NCBI GenBank assembly: GCA_001189155.1
Contig: LFCP01000004.1
Coordinates: 1,998-65,997, forward strand
Direction: 5' to 3'
DNA: 64,000 bases
From: Parcubacteria bacterium C7867-006
Lineage (GTDB): Bacteria > Patescibacteriota > Minisyncoccia > Phycocordibacterales > DATDWN01
In this document: in pieces, positions 39,073-49,509 of the stretch
Layout: each line of letters starts with the position of its first letter
Numbering within the stretch: the stretch's first letter is position 1
Program-made: the position numbers and the translations under genes
The notes under the pieces: model-generated
What the model saw: only the letters and a program-made list of their open reading frames with translations
Databases searched by the model: none
Told to the model about the DNA's origin: nothing

Positions 39073-40071
39073 TTACTGGTTTAGATAGAGTTCCTTATTT
39101 CTTTTATGTTGCTCAAACGTAGTCGCATAGTACATTTTTCCACTTTTACTTGATAAGAAATAAAGATACTTTGAATTTGTTGGATTAACAGCAGCAAATA
39201 TTGCATCTAAACCAGGATTACTTATTGGACCAGGAGGAAGACCTCTATATTTATAAGTGTTATATGGCGAGTCTATTTTTAAATCATCAGCTGTTAGTTC
39301 ATAAGTATTTTTACCATTTATATAAAGAAAAGTAGAATCCACTTGAAGAGGCATACCGATGGACAATCTTTTCCAAAGTATACCTGCAACCATTCTACGA
39401 CTTTCTGTGGTTCTGGCTTCTTCCTCTAAAATAGAAGCCATTATAATTATTTCTTTCAAACTATGGGTTGACGTCGCTATTCCACCAACAGTTTTTATTT
39501 TTTGATCAAAATTATTTTTCATCAACTCAACAACAGCTTCTGGTTTTATGGTTGGAGAAATAAAATAAGTATCAGGAAAAAGATACCCTTCATTACTTTT
39601 TGCTAACTTTAAAAATTTAGTTTTATCAAAACCAATCAAGTTGGCTTTTAAATAATCAGCTATTTGAAAGATACTCCATCCTTCAGGAATAGTGGCTTTA
39701 AATGTAACTAAATGAAACTGCCCTTCGGTTATACGATAGGCCAGCTCAAAAGAACTCTCTTTTGCATCTAATAGGTAGTCTCCTGCTATCATTTTTTTCT
39801 CCCCACCAAGCATTCTCACCGCCAACCTGAAAAAGAACGGTGATCTAATAACTTTTGAGTCATAAAGACTATTCGCTATCCCTTGAAGAGATGCTCCTTG
39901 TTGAACTACCACAACCTGACCAAGAGGAAATTCTCTTGGTTGTGTATTCATATACAAATAAAAAGAAAAAAATATAACAAAAATTAAAGAAAAGTAGAGA
40001 GAATACTTCTGTCTTTTTGGTAAAGACCTTATATTTTTAATTAATTCAGATAATATTACGGAATATTTCAT
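39073..40071 (-). CDS. mltG: Endolytic transglycosylase MltG
   Basis: EGYLFPDTY, ASILEEE, LQVD, SPYNTY, GLPPGPISNPG. Confidence 0.93.
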   Translation of the reverse strand: MKYSVILSELIKNIRSLPKRQKYSLYFSLIFVIFFSFYLYMNTQPREFPLGQVVVVQQGASLQGIANSLYDSKVIRSPFFFRLAVRMLGGEKKMIAGDYLLDAKESSFELAYRITEGQFHLVTFKATIPEGWSIFQIADYLKANLIGFDKTKFLKLAKSNEGYLFPDTYFISPTIKPEAVVELMKNNFDQKIKTVGGIATSTHSLKEIIIMASILEEEARTTESRRMVAGILWKRLSIGMPLQVDSTFLYINGKNTYELTADDLKIDSPYNTYKYRGLPPGPISNPGLDAIFAAVNPTNSKYLYFLSSKSGKMYYATTFEQHKRNKELYLNQ

Positions 40072-41381
40072 TATACAGGAAGATTTGTAGGTGCTTGTGA
40101 TTTCTTTGAATCAATACGAGTAAATGTAGGTGTTGTAGATACTCCACCAGGAAGATGGAATAGAGTAGCCAGCTCTTCTGTGTTTAAAACAAAATGAGGA
40201 CTTTTAAATGGGCCATAAAAATATCCTCTGTGTTTGTATGCGTCTAACAAATACTGCTTTTCACTCTCTCTCTTTTTTAGACTTCTTGTTTTCCAAGCAA
40301 TAAAAATATTTGAAAACCTCTCATCTATACCACGAGCTGGCTTAAAACCATTTAAATGCGAGTTAAAGTGCGTTATCCCACCTATTATCCCTCCAATATT
40401 ATCAGGACTCCAAATGTCTTTAGGAGCTATATAAATTGCTCTCATACCAACATCAAAACCTTTTTTAGAAACACTTCTTGCAAGAGCTGTTACAGTTTCT
40501 TTTTCAACATCAGTTAACTGTCTTCCTGTTCCTGGAATAATTTTTCCATCTGGACCTTTTTCACCCTTAGCTTTTGTGATAATTTTATCTATCTCCACCT
40601 GAGCAGCCTCTTTCCATCTGAAATCTTTCTTTGCCCAACGATCCCAGATATCTTTTGGTCTTAAAGTTGTCCATATTTTAGCATTAGACCAAGTTTTACT
40701 TGGATCTTTTTCCTCAGCGACATGAGCACGAATAAGAATCTGAATCCAAGCCTGCTGGCCACGACCAAGACTTCCAAGGAATTCTATAAGTGGAGTCATA
40801 GGATCTATTTTGTATTCTTCATCTGGGTCTTTGTCCATTCCATAATCTATATAAGTTTTTATGGGAAAAACATCAGCTCCGGTTAGATCAAATTCAGAAG
40901 CCCATATTGAATTAACTTCTGGATTGTAGCTAGTTGGCAATGTATAGTCTGGAACTTCATATATTTCAATTCCGGGATATTGAGAATACAAATTTGCCTC
41001 TAGAACATTTTTCATTGATTTTCTTATCCAGATGAAAAAATGTACACCTCCATCAATAGAAGCTATCTCTAAAGATGTCCATGCACGAACTTTTCCTTGC
41101 CAAAATTTTTCAAACCAATTTTTCTCTCCGGCTAATTGATGAAGTGACTGTATACAAAACTCCATCGCTTTTGGAGATTTGAAAATGTCCTTTGGGAGTT
41201 TTATTTCCAAAACAATCATTGATGTTTTAGCAAAAAATAAAGCCCTAACATAGGCAACCCAAACTTCCCAGGCAATGTAAACCAAAGCAAATGGAACTAA
41301 AACATAAGCTGAGTAATACAACAGTTTAAATGTTAGGAGAAAATTTGAATTTGCAAAAAAATCTATTAGAAATGAAAACAT
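40071..41381 (-). CDS. Membrane-anchored hypothetical protein (CPR-type)
   Basis: N-terminal TM; LEIKLP, SLEIAS, YSQYP, EELATLFHLP. Confidence 0.75.
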   Translation of the reverse strand: MFSFLIDFFANSNFLLTFKLLYYSAYVLVPFALVYIAWEVWVAYVRALFFAKTSMIVLEIKLPKDIFKSPKAMEFCIQSLHQLAGEKNWFEKFWQGKVRAWTSLEIASIDGGVHFFIWIRKSMKNVLEANLYSQYPGIEIYEVPDYTLPTSYNPEVNSIWASEFDLTGADVFPIKTYIDYGMDKDPDEEYKIDPMTPLIEFLGSLGRGQQAWIQILIRAHVAEEKDPSKTWSNAKIWTTLRPKDIWDRWAKKDFRWKEAAQVEIDKIITKAKGEKGPDGKIIPGTGRQLTDVEKETVTALARSVSKKGFDVGMRAIYIAPKDIWSPDNIGGIIGGITHFNSHLNGFKPARGIDERFSNIFIAWKTRSLKKRESEKQYLLDAYKHRGYFYGPFKSPHFVLNTEELATLFHLPGGVSTTPTFTRIDSKKSQAPTNLPV

Positions 41382-41401
41382 ATTTTAATTATAACTTACA
41401 T

Positions 41402-41440
41402 AAAAGAAAAAACCACCCCTTTAGGGTGGCTTTTTCTTTT
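41402..41440 (-). terminator. Intrinsic terminator
   Basis: AAAAGAAAAAACCACCC/GGGTGGCTTTTTCTTTT inverted repeat. Confidence 0.7.
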
Positions 41441-42476
41441 ATGCTATATCGTACTTTCCGTCTTTTGTTTTTTTGAAGAATTTTGGATTCTGAAGGTTTA
41501 CCATAATTGTATTTTCTTTTACATATCTCTCCTTCAATACTTTCTTAACTATATCATCCTTTGTCATTGGGCCATTTTTAGCAATAACACCTTTTATGAC
41601 ATCTTTAACTACTCCACTCATATAACCCCACTCAGACAGCGCGTAGAGTCCTCGTCCAACCAAAACGAATCTTGGATCCTTTATTAGTTCATTGTGAGTT
41701 GTTGCAACGTGCGCTTTTTTCTTAAATAGCTCTGTTATAAGTTTTGCTACCTCTCTAAAATGAATTGGAGAACCGTGTCGTCTGATAACTAGGTATGCAT
41801 AGTCTCTCATACCTTTTGCATTTATATTTGCAGATTTAGTTTTACCCCATTCACCTAGTGGATTTTTATCTATAACTTTAGATAGTTCCAACCATCGTTT
41901 TGCGATTTCTTCGTTTCTGTATTTATCAGAAACATCTTTTAGGTGTTCCAGAAACTTTTCTATCATTTCTGACTCTAGTAAAATTTCATCATCAGATAGA
42001 GTACTATATAACTGTCGTAGTGAGTAATGGATCTTTTTTGATAGATCTTTATCAATAGTCCATCTGTGTTTGAATTCCAAATCCTCTTTTTCTTTCATAA
42101 AATCCTCACCAACTGTAAGTAGGAAGTGGATTTGATTTTGAGTAGCTTTGTCTTTTGATATGTGTTTCAAAAGAGCTTCCTCGTGAATAGTAGAACCTAA
42201 ATCAGCTATTATCTTTTTTAATTCATCAAAAACTGCTTTTTCCTTTGCGTATTCTTTTGATTTTCTTATGTTTATTATTGAGTAGTTCTCAATCTGTCTA
42301 ACTCTTTCTCTAGTGATTTTATATTTTTTACCAATAGCTTCCAATGTCATTCTTTTTGTATCATTTCCGAGTCCAAATCTAGAAGTAAGAACATCCTGTG
42401 CTCTATCCCCTAAAACAGAAAGTAACCGTTTTACAACTTGCTTTGGTTTGAATGTAATTGGTGTTTTTTCACTCAT
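41439..42476 (-). CDS. sigma70 region-4 HTH protein with C-terminal HARE-HTH-like domains
   Basis: TLEAIGKKYKITRERVRQIE; HNELIKDPRFVLVGRGLYALSEWG. Confidence 0.75.
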   Translation of the reverse strand: MSEKTPITFKPKQVVKRLLSVLGDRAQDVLTSRFGLGNDTKRMTLEAIGKKYKITRERVRQIENYSIINIRKSKEYAKEKAVFDELKKIIADLGSTIHEEALLKHISKDKATQNQIHFLLTVGEDFMKEKEDLEFKHRWTIDKDLSKKIHYSLRQLYSTLSDDEILLESEMIEKFLEHLKDVSDKYRNEEIAKRWLELSKVIDKNPLGEWGKTKSANINAKGMRDYAYLVIRRHGSPIHFREVAKLITELFKKKAHVATTHNELIKDPRFVLVGRGLYALSEWGYMSGVVKDVIKGVIAKNGPMTKDDIVKKVLKERYVKENTIMVNLQNPKFFKKTKDGKYDIA

Positions 42477-42585
42477 AATTTTGATAATTTATGTATAAAT
42501 TAGCTATTGGTATTGGGCTAATGTCAATTATTTGTATCATTTACCTCAGGTAAAGTCAAGCCTTGACCAAAACAGCCAAAAAAGA

Positions 42586-45162
42586 CTAAAAAACTACCAG
42601 ATTTACGAGTTTATCTTTGATAAAAATCACCTTTTTTATCTCTTTTTCCATTATCCATTTTTCAACATCAGGAAGAGCCTTTATTTTTTCTAGTACAACG
42701 TTTTCAGATAACCCTTTAGGTAACATCGTTTCTGCTCGAACTTTGCCGTTTATCTGAATAATAAACTTAACCTCCAATTCCTCCATTTTTTTCTTACTTG
42801 CCTTTGGCCAAGCCTCCAACACAAGAAAACTTTTGTGTCCGAACATGCTCCATATTTCTTCTGTCATATGAGGAGCAAATGGATTTAATATTTTTAAGAA
42901 TAATTCAAAATCTGACTGTTTTACATATTCCATTTTTTCCATTTCATTTAACAAAATCATCATTGAAGAAACTGCTGTGTTGAAAGCAAAATTGTCTATA
43001 TCTTCAGTAACTTTTTTGATTGTTTTATGGAGTACAGATTCAAAAATTGGAGTTGATTTAGCTTTTTTGGAAACTCTTTCAGTCAATCTCCATATTCTAT
43101 CCAAAAATCTTCTAGATCCAATGATATTGTCTGTGCTCCAAGGAAGAGATGCCTCAAATGGCCCCATAAATGTCTCATAAACTCTCAGAGTATCTGCTCC
43201 ATAGTTTTTTACAACATCATCTGGATTGATGATGTTACCCCATCTTTTACTCATCTTTCTGTTATCTGGCCCCAGTATCATTCCTTGATTTTTCAAAGTC
43301 TGAAATGGTTCCTCTGTTATAACAAGTCCATAATCTTTCAAAAACTTATGCCAAAATCGTGAGTATAAAAGATGCCCTGTTGCGTGTTCTGCACCACCAA
43401 CATACATATCAACATTTTTCCAATATTTTATAGCTGATTTATCTACAAAAGCTTTTTTGTTTTTCGGATCCATGTACCGCAAAAAATACCAAGAAGAACC
43501 AGCCCAACCAGGCATAGTGTTTGTCTCAAAACCTTTTTTCATCCAAGAAGAAACACCGGCGAGTGGAGACTCTCCTGTTCCTGTAGGCATATATGATTTA
43601 ACTTCAGGAAGTTTTAGTGGAAGATCTTTTTCTTTAAGTGGAGTTATGATTCCATTTTTATCATGCATAAGAGGTATAGGCTCACCCCAGTATCTCTGTC
43701 GTGCAAAAATAGCATCTCGCATTTTATATTTTGAAACAATTTTACCACCGACTTCTTTTGTTATGCTTTTTTTACATTCTTCTGAACTGAGACCATTGAA
43801 TTTTCCAGAGTTTATCAAAAACCCTTCACCAGTTATTGGCAACTCTAAATTCCCTCTATCTTTCGGAATTATGACTTCTCTTATAGGAAGTTTGTATTTC
43901 TTTGCAAACTCATAATCTCTTTCATCAGATGCAGGTACAGCCATAATAGCTCCTGTTCCGTAGTCAGCCAAAACATAATCAGCTATCCAAACAGGAATTT
44001 CCTCGTTGTTTGCTGGGTTTATAGCTTTTATACCTCTCAACTCCACTCCAGTTTTTTCTTTTCCTTCAATTCTTTCTTCTCTAGTTTTTTTCTTTAAACT
44101 TTCAATATATTTTTTAACTTCCTCTCTGTTATCCAAAACTCCTATATGGTCATCATCTACAGCTAGAGTTACCCAAAGGTGCTCTGGAGAAAGAACCATA
44201 TAAGTCGCACCGAACAAAGTATCAGGTCTTGTTGTGAATACAGGTATAATTCCAGGTTTACCCTCCTTAAAAACTATTTTGAAAGGAATCTCTGCGCCAT
44301 CACTTTTACCAATCCAGTTTCTCTGAATTTCTTTAATATGTTCAGACCAGTCAAGTCCATTAAGACCAGTCAAAAGCCTGTCTGCATAAGCAGTAATACG
44401 CAAAAACCACTGTCGCATTTTCTTTTTCTCAACAGGAAAACCACCCCTCTCTGAAACTGGGCCATTTGGCCCATCCACTATTTCATCATTAGCCAAAACT
44501 GTTCCAAGTTTCGGTGACCAGTTCACATCACTGTATCCTTCATACGCAAGACGATATCTCATTAACATATCTTGCTTGTCTTTATCACTCATCGCTTTCC
44601 ACTCCTCTGCAGAAAAACTAGCTCTGTTATCTGTAACAGCGTTTATTTTTTTGCTTCCTTCTTTTTCAAAAATTTTTATCAGATTTTCTATTGGTTCAGC
44701 TTTGTCTGTATCTTTGTTGTACCAAGAGTTATAGATTTTAAGGAAAATCCACTGTGTCCATTTATAAAAACCTGGGTCAGTCGTGTTTACTTTTCTATCC
44801 CAATCAAAAGAAAGCCCTATGTTGTGTAGTTGCTTTTCAAAAGTTTTTATATTCATTTCAACTGCCTTTCTAGGATGAATATTATGCTCTAACGCATACT
44901 GTTCTGCGGGCAAACCAAAAGCATCATAACCCATAGGATGGAGAACATTCATCCCTTGCATTCTTTTGAAACGTGCAAAAACATCTGAGCCTATATAACC
45001 TTTTGGATGCCCAACATGGAGTCCTGTACCGCTCGGATAAGGAAACATATCAAGAACATAGTATTTCTTTTTCTTTGATTTGTTTGAGGCTTTGTAAACT
45101 TTTTTAGTAACCCACTTTTTCTGCCACTTTTTTTCTATATCTAGATGGTTGTATTCCTTCAT
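42586..45162 (-). CDS. leuS: Leucine--tRNA ligase
   Basis: MFPYPSGTGLHVGH, FTTRPDT, GTGAIMAVP, KMSKR. Confidence 0.97.
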   Translation of the reverse strand: MKEYNHLDIEKKWQKKWVTKKVYKASNKSKKKKYYVLDMFPYPSGTGLHVGHPKGYIGSDVFARFKRMQGMNVLHPMGYDAFGLPAEQYALEHNIHPRKAVEMNIKTFEKQLHNIGLSFDWDRKVNTTDPGFYKWTQWIFLKIYNSWYNKDTDKAEPIENLIKIFEKEGSKKINAVTDNRASFSAEEWKAMSDKDKQDMLMRYRLAYEGYSDVNWSPKLGTVLANDEIVDGPNGPVSERGGFPVEKKKMRQWFLRITAYADRLLTGLNGLDWSEHIKEIQRNWIGKSDGAEIPFKIVFKEGKPGIIPVFTTRPDTLFGATYMVLSPEHLWVTLAVDDDHIGVLDNREEVKKYIESLKKKTREERIEGKEKTGVELRGIKAINPANNEEIPVWIADYVLADYGTGAIMAVPASDERDYEFAKKYKLPIREVIIPKDRGNLELPITGEGFLINSGKFNGLSSEECKKSITKEVGGKIVSKYKMRDAIFARQRYWGEPIPLMHDKNGIITPLKEKDLPLKLPEVKSYMPTGTGESPLAGVSSWMKKGFETNTMPGWAGSSWYFLRYMDPKNKKAFVDKSAIKYWKNVDMYVGGAEHATGHLLYSRFWHKFLKDYGLVITEEPFQTLKNQGMILGPDNRKMSKRWGNIINPDDVVKNYGADTLRVYETFMGPFEASLPWSTDNIIGSRRFLDRIWRLTERVSKKAKSTPIFESVLHKTIKKVTEDIDNFAFNTAVSSMMILLNEMEKMEYVKQSDFELFLKILNPFAPHMTEEIWSMFGHKSFLVLEAWPKASKKKMEELEVKFIIQINGKVRAETMLPKGLSENVVLEKIKALPDVEKWIMEKEIKKVIFIKDKLVNLVVF

Positions 45163-45196
45163 ATGAATACATCCTACATAAATTTTTGTCTCTACG

Positions 45197-45227
45197 CAAA
45201 ACCCTCCAGATTTGCTGGAGGGTTTTG
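45197..45227. terminator. Intrinsic terminator hairpin
   Basis: CAAAACCCTCCAG/CTGGAGGGTTTTG. Confidence 0.75.
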
Positions 45228-45235
45228 TTTAAATA

Positions 45236-46153
45236 CTACATTGGCAACTTTACGTACTGACCAACTGGAATAGCGAGCTTGAAGCAATAGTAACCTGCCG
45301 GATGAACCCGTGATATATCTTGATATGGATATGATGCAGAAACACCTTTAGTTGTTTTTGAGTCTATGTTGAATTCTGCACAAAGTTCATATGCTTTTGC
45401 ACTCTGACCGATAAGATTGTACTCATATGCTTTTCCACTCTGTGGGTCAACTGGAATCTGTGAATACTGAACTAATGTTAAATCTTCCATTTTTGAAGGC
45501 ATACTAGCTTTCATCTGATAGTAACTTTGTACTAATGAGTTAATAGTCATCAAATCGTTAACTTTTTGTTCATCATACTTTAGAAGTCTCTGTGTTCTAG
45601 GTGAACCCAAAACTGAAAATCCCCAAACTATTGAACCAAGAATAATAACAGAAGCAACCCCAGCCCAGATTTTTCTGGAATTTGAATTTAACTTTCCTCT
45701 TATATCAGAAATGTAATAAACAAAAACAGCTAGAGCTACAACTAGAACAGCTAAAACTTTAAAAAGAAAACCTGTTGTTAGTTCCTGACCGTCAATGAAG
45801 TAATAAAGCACAGTTACAAGATCTCCAGCAGTGGCAATTCCAGCTAGAAATAAAGTTATATACGAAAGCCATTTTCTAATACCCATATTTCTTCTATCAG
45901 GTTCAGAAACATAAGCTTTTTCCAATAACCACATCAAAAATACAAAAATCGGGAAGAATATAATCAGTATCGCTACTGGCCATGATATAGACTGACTACC
46001 GTAGTAGTTATAACCATTAGTGATTTGAGGGTAGGCTGTATTTATTACAGCAAAAAGTAGGTTAATAAGACTAATAACAACTGTATACAATGCAACAATA
46101 GCACCAAGATTTAAAAATAAATCTTTTACATTTGTTTTTTTTGTTGGTTCCAT
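45236..46153 (-). CDS. DUF5671-like membrane protein
   Basis: Multi-TM N-terminus, IRKWLSYITLF, GSP..QR...D, DPQSGKAYEY, YELCAEF. Confidence 0.7.
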   Translation of the reverse strand: MEPTKKTNVKDLFLNLGAIVALYTVVISLINLLFAVINTAYPQITNGYNYYGSQSISWPVAILIIFFPIFVFLMWLLEKAYVSEPDRRNMGIRKWLSYITLFLAGIATAGDLVTVLYYFIDGQELTTGFLFKVLAVLVVALAVFVYYISDIRGKLNSNSRKIWAGVASVIILGSIVWGFSVLGSPRTQRLLKYDEQKVNDLMTINSLVQSYYQMKASMPSKMEDLTLVQYSQIPVDPQSGKAYEYNLIGQSAKAYELCAEFNIDSKTTKGVSASYPYQDISRVHPAGYYCFKLAIPVGQYVKLPM

Positions 46154-46180
46154 AATTTTTTGTTAATTGATAAATAATTG

Positions 46181-46579
46181 TTATTCTGTTGTCTTGCCAT
46201 CAAACTCAGGACTATTTGCTTCTGCTTCTACTTTTGTGGCTCTCATTACAGCATCTTGGTGATGTGCTGGACTATATATTGTGTATAGCTTTAGACGATC
46301 ACTCCCCGTGTTTATTACATTATGTCTTGCACCACGAGGAACTACTACAGCGTCTCCATCAGCAACCTCGTACTCAGTTTCGTTTATAACAACCTTGCCT
46401 GTTCCAGATTCAAATCTAAAAAATTGATCGTTATCCTCATGCACTTCTGCTCCAATATCCTCTCCTGGAAGAAGCGACATCAGCACAAGCTGGCTTTTCT
46501 CACCAGTGTAGAGGACTTTTCTAAAGTTCTCATTTTCCTGTGTGAGTTTTTCTATATTGTCTTTATATCCTTTTTTCAT
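46181..46579 (-). CDS. Cupin domain protein
   Basis: GAEVH...DQFF, VPRGARHNVIN. Confidence 0.88.
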   Translation of the reverse strand: MKKGYKDNIEKLTQENENFRKVLYTGEKSQLVLMSLLPGEDIGAEVHEDNDQFFRFESGTGKVVINETEYEVADGDAVVVPRGARHNVINTGSDRLKLYTIYSPAHHQDAVMRATKVEAEANSPEFDGKTTE

Positions 46580-46685
46580 GGTATTAAGTTAGATTTATAA
46601 CAGGCGTATTATACCACAAAATAATGGTTAACAAAGAAGCGACTTTGTTTTATTCATAAAACAAAAAACACTCTTGTGGTGTTCG

Positions 46686-47783
46686 TCAAATTTTGAACTC
46701 GATCACGTCTCCGTCTTTGACTATATACTCTTTTCCTTCAGTTCTAACTTTTCCCTTTTCTCTAGCTGGTCCATAACCACCAGCATTTAGCAAATCATCA
46801 CAGTGAACGACTTCTGCTCTAATAAATTTATCTTTAAAATCAGTATGTATTGCCTGACCAGCGACAGGTGCTGTCGAGTCTCGTAGCACAGTCCATGCTC
46901 TTGTTTCATCCTCACCAGTTGTAAAGTATGTAATAAGGTTCAAAAGTTTGTATCCAGCTTTAATAAGGTTATCTATACCATCATCTTTTCCACCCAACTC
47001 CGATCTAAAAACTTCTTTTTCCTCTCCTTCTAGATCCTTCAGTTCATTTTCTATATTTGCATCAATAATCACGTACTGACTGTTGTTTTCTTTGAAAAAT
47101 TCCAAAAGCTTTGTAAACTTTTCATCATTCATTTCATCCAAATTTTTTCCTCCAGCTTTTTTATTCAAACCATACATTATAGGTTTTGCTGTCAAAAGGT
47201 TTAACTGTTTTACAACCGGAGTTTCTTTTTCATCGAAACTAAGTGTGTTGACTAACTTGCCCTGTTTCAAAACAGCATCTACTTTATTCAACACTTCATT
47301 TTCAAACATAGCCTCTTTTCGGTTGGCTTTAACATCCTTTTGTAATGTTCCGATACGTTTTGTGACAGTCTCTTGATCAGCTAAAATCAACTCATAATTA
47401 ATAACCTCAATATCAGAAACAGGATTTATACCACCATGAACATGGATAACTTTGTCGTCCTCAAATATTCTAACTATTTCCAAAATAGCATCAGTCTCGC
47501 GAATATTTGAAAGAAATTTATTTCCCAACCCCTCACCCTCGCTCGCCCCCTTTACTAAACCAGCAATATCAACAAACTCAACAACTGCTGGAATAGTTTT
47601 TGCTGAGTTTGAAAGTTTTGAAAGCTTCCAAAGTCTTTCATCAGGAACAGGAACAATTCCTACAGATGGGTCAATAGTACAAAAAGGATAGTTCTCTGCT
47701 GGAACAGCCTTTTTTGTTAGCGCGTTAAAAAGCGTGGATTTACCCACGTTTGGCAAACCGACAATTCCGATTGATAGTGACAT
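46686..47783 (-). CDS. ychF: Obg-family ATPase YchF
   Basis: GLPNVGKST, YPFCTIDP, DIAGLV, IHTDF, YIVKDGD. Confidence 0.96.
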   Translation of the reverse strand: MSLSIGIVGLPNVGKSTLFNALTKKAVPAENYPFCTIDPSVGIVPVPDERLWKLSKLSNSAKTIPAVVEFVDIAGLVKGASEGEGLGNKFLSNIRETDAILEIVRIFEDDKVIHVHGGINPVSDIEVINYELILADQETVTKRIGTLQKDVKANRKEAMFENEVLNKVDAVLKQGKLVNTLSFDEKETPVVKQLNLLTAKPIMYGLNKKAGGKNLDEMNDEKFTKLLEFFKENNSQYVIIDANIENELKDLEGEEKEVFRSELGGKDDGIDNLIKAGYKLLNLITYFTTGEDETRAWTVLRDSTAPVAGQAIHTDFKDKFIRAEVVHCDDLLNAGGYGPAREKGKVRTEGKEYIVKDGDVIEFKI

Positions 47784-47877
47784 AATAAAACACTATACAG
47801 CAAAACACAGTTTTTTTGAAATTCTGAACAAAATATAAAAAGTTGATGATAAAATTATATACAGAAGGAGGACCGCT

Positions 47878-48492
47878 ATGCGAGATTTCTTGTTTTTCCT
47901 GCTCGCTACTTTCCTCCTGTTACCAAATGTAGCAGAAGGAAAAAGCAGCCTAGTTGGAAGCACTGTCTCTCAACACAAACAAAACGACCACGCCGAAGAA
48001 GAAGGTCTTCCTCAAATCAGAAATGATGAGGAACTAAACACTCTAAAAGAATCCGGAGCGCTCGTCCCAATTCCGGGAACCGTAAGAGTGGACTACCGAC
48101 TAGAAGACAAATGGCGTTGGTGTCTTCCCCAGACATCGTTCTTTCTTGGAGATATTGGACTCGAGTTCCAAGAAGTTTTTGGAAAACGACTCCAAATCAA
48201 CTCGGCAGTCAGGACAACACTGAGACAAATTGAGCTCCAAAAAACGAACAACAACGCTGTACCTGTCACTGGTCGTCGTCGGTCTTCCCACCTCACTGGG
48301 GCAACAGTGGACATTGCCAAAATCGGTCTCACAAAAGATGAACTTGAGTGGGTTCGATTAAAACTCCTCTCTCTAGAAGACGAGGAAAAACTGGAGGCAA
48401 CAGAAGAACACGATCAACTCGTTTTCCATGTAATGATTTTCCAGAGCTACACAAACGAAGCCAAGGCTTCGGAACTGCGAGCGCAGCAATAG
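47878..48492 (+). CDS. Secreted DUF5715-like (M15/Hedgehog-type Zn peptidase-like) protein
   Basis: Signal peptide; SAVRT..RQ, SSHLTGATVDI, VFHVMI; SD AAGGAGG. Confidence 0.7.
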   Translation: MRDFLFFLLATFLLLPNVAEGKSSLVGSTVSQHKQNDHAEEEGLPQIRNDEELNTLKESGALVPIPGTVRVDYRLEDKWRWCLPQTSFFLGDIGLEFQEVFGKRLQINSAVRTTLRQIELQKTNNNAVPVTGRRRSSHLTGATVDIAKIGLTKDELEWVRLKLLSLEDEEKLEATEEHDQLVFHVMIFQSYTNEAKASELRAQQ

Positions 48493-48520
48493 GCGCTCGC
48501 AGTTTTTCTTTAATAAGAAA

Positions 48521-48551
48521 ACTCCCGAAACCTTGCTAGGGTCTCGGGAGT
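48521..48551. terminator. Hairpin between convergent SD-led units
   Basis: ACTCCCGA/TCGGGAGT stem. Confidence 0.65.
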
Positions 48552-48570
48552 GACTGAGAATACTGGAGAA

Positions 48571-49389
48571 CTAGGTCTTCAGCACGCCGAAGAACTGACG
48601 TGCAGCAGCCTGAACCGCAGTGAGCTCAGCTTCAGCCTTATCAGCCCGACTCTTCTCTTGAGCCAAGGCTTCGTTCGCCAACTTCAGATCAGCGGTGACT
48701 TTCGCAACCTCCTCGCGGTAAAGCTCAAGCTCCGCGAGCTGATCCTGGGTAGAAGCAATCTGCCCCTCGAGTTCAGAGACTCTCATGGACAGATCGGTGC
48801 TCTGTTTCTGCAGTGGAGCGATCGAGCGACGGAGTTCGTCACACTCCTGCTCCTTCCTGATAAACAGTTGATACTGTTTGAGAACATTGTCGATGACCTC
48901 ACCCAGGTTGGGAATCCCACTTCGGAACTTCTCCAACTGACGGGCAGAATCGCTCCAGCCCTTATAGGGAGAAGACGAGCCGTTCCCGTCAGCCTTGTTC
49001 AGATCCTGAACAAGAACCGACGGAACAGGACCCTGATCCTCCACCGATGGATGTTCCTTCGGCTTCTCCTTTTCATTCGGGTAAGCCGAACTAAGAAGAT
49101 CCCGAATCTCAGCGGGGGTCAGAGTCTTGGGATGAAGAATCGCTCCATCGGGCCGGTCGTTCTTGATCTTCATCGTCAGCTCGTGATCGACGAAGCGGGT
49201 CTGAAGAATGAGTCCCGTGTTGCTCGGAACTGTGCACTTCTTACTGTCATCAGTGAACCAGAACAGCAAACGTCGGTCGCCCTTGTTGTACCAACCACCC
49301 ATGTTGCTCGGCCTGACGCCAGCAACAAGAATGGTGCCGTTGTTGGCGAGAACTGTCTTGGCCTGTTCGATGAGAGTGCTGGTGATCAT
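48571..49389 (-). CDS. Hypothetical protein with C-terminal coiled coil (GC-rich unit)
   Basis: ATG 49389 behind AAAGGAG; TTTACA(49487-49492)-17-CATAAT(49464-49469); heptad-rich C-terminus. Confidence 0.75.
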   Translation of the reverse strand: MITSTLIEQAKTVLANNGTILVAGVRPSNMGGWYNKGDRRLLFWFTDDSKKCTVPSNTGLILQTRFVDHELTMKIKNDRPDGAILHPKTLTPAEIRDLLSSAYPNEKEKPKEHPSVEDQGPVPSVLVQDLNKADGNGSSSPYKGWSDSARQLEKFRSGIPNLGEVIDNVLKQYQLFIRKEQECDELRRSIAPLQKQSTDLSMRVSELEGQIASTQDQLAELELYREEVAKVTADLKLANEALAQEKSRADKAEAELTAVQAAARQFFGVLKT

Positions 49390-49509
49390 GATCCGCTCCT
49401 TTTCCGACACGTCCGTTTACCACGGACTGGGTTGAGGATTTAAAAAGAACACCTCGAAGGAGGATTATGACATGATTGTTATAATTTGTAAATATAACTA
49501 CTATTTTGT

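Noticed and set aside
48550-49443. 297-aa + strand ORF
   Set aside because: Antisense shadow of the GC-rich minus-strand gene, which has the SD, promoter and coiled-coil signal.
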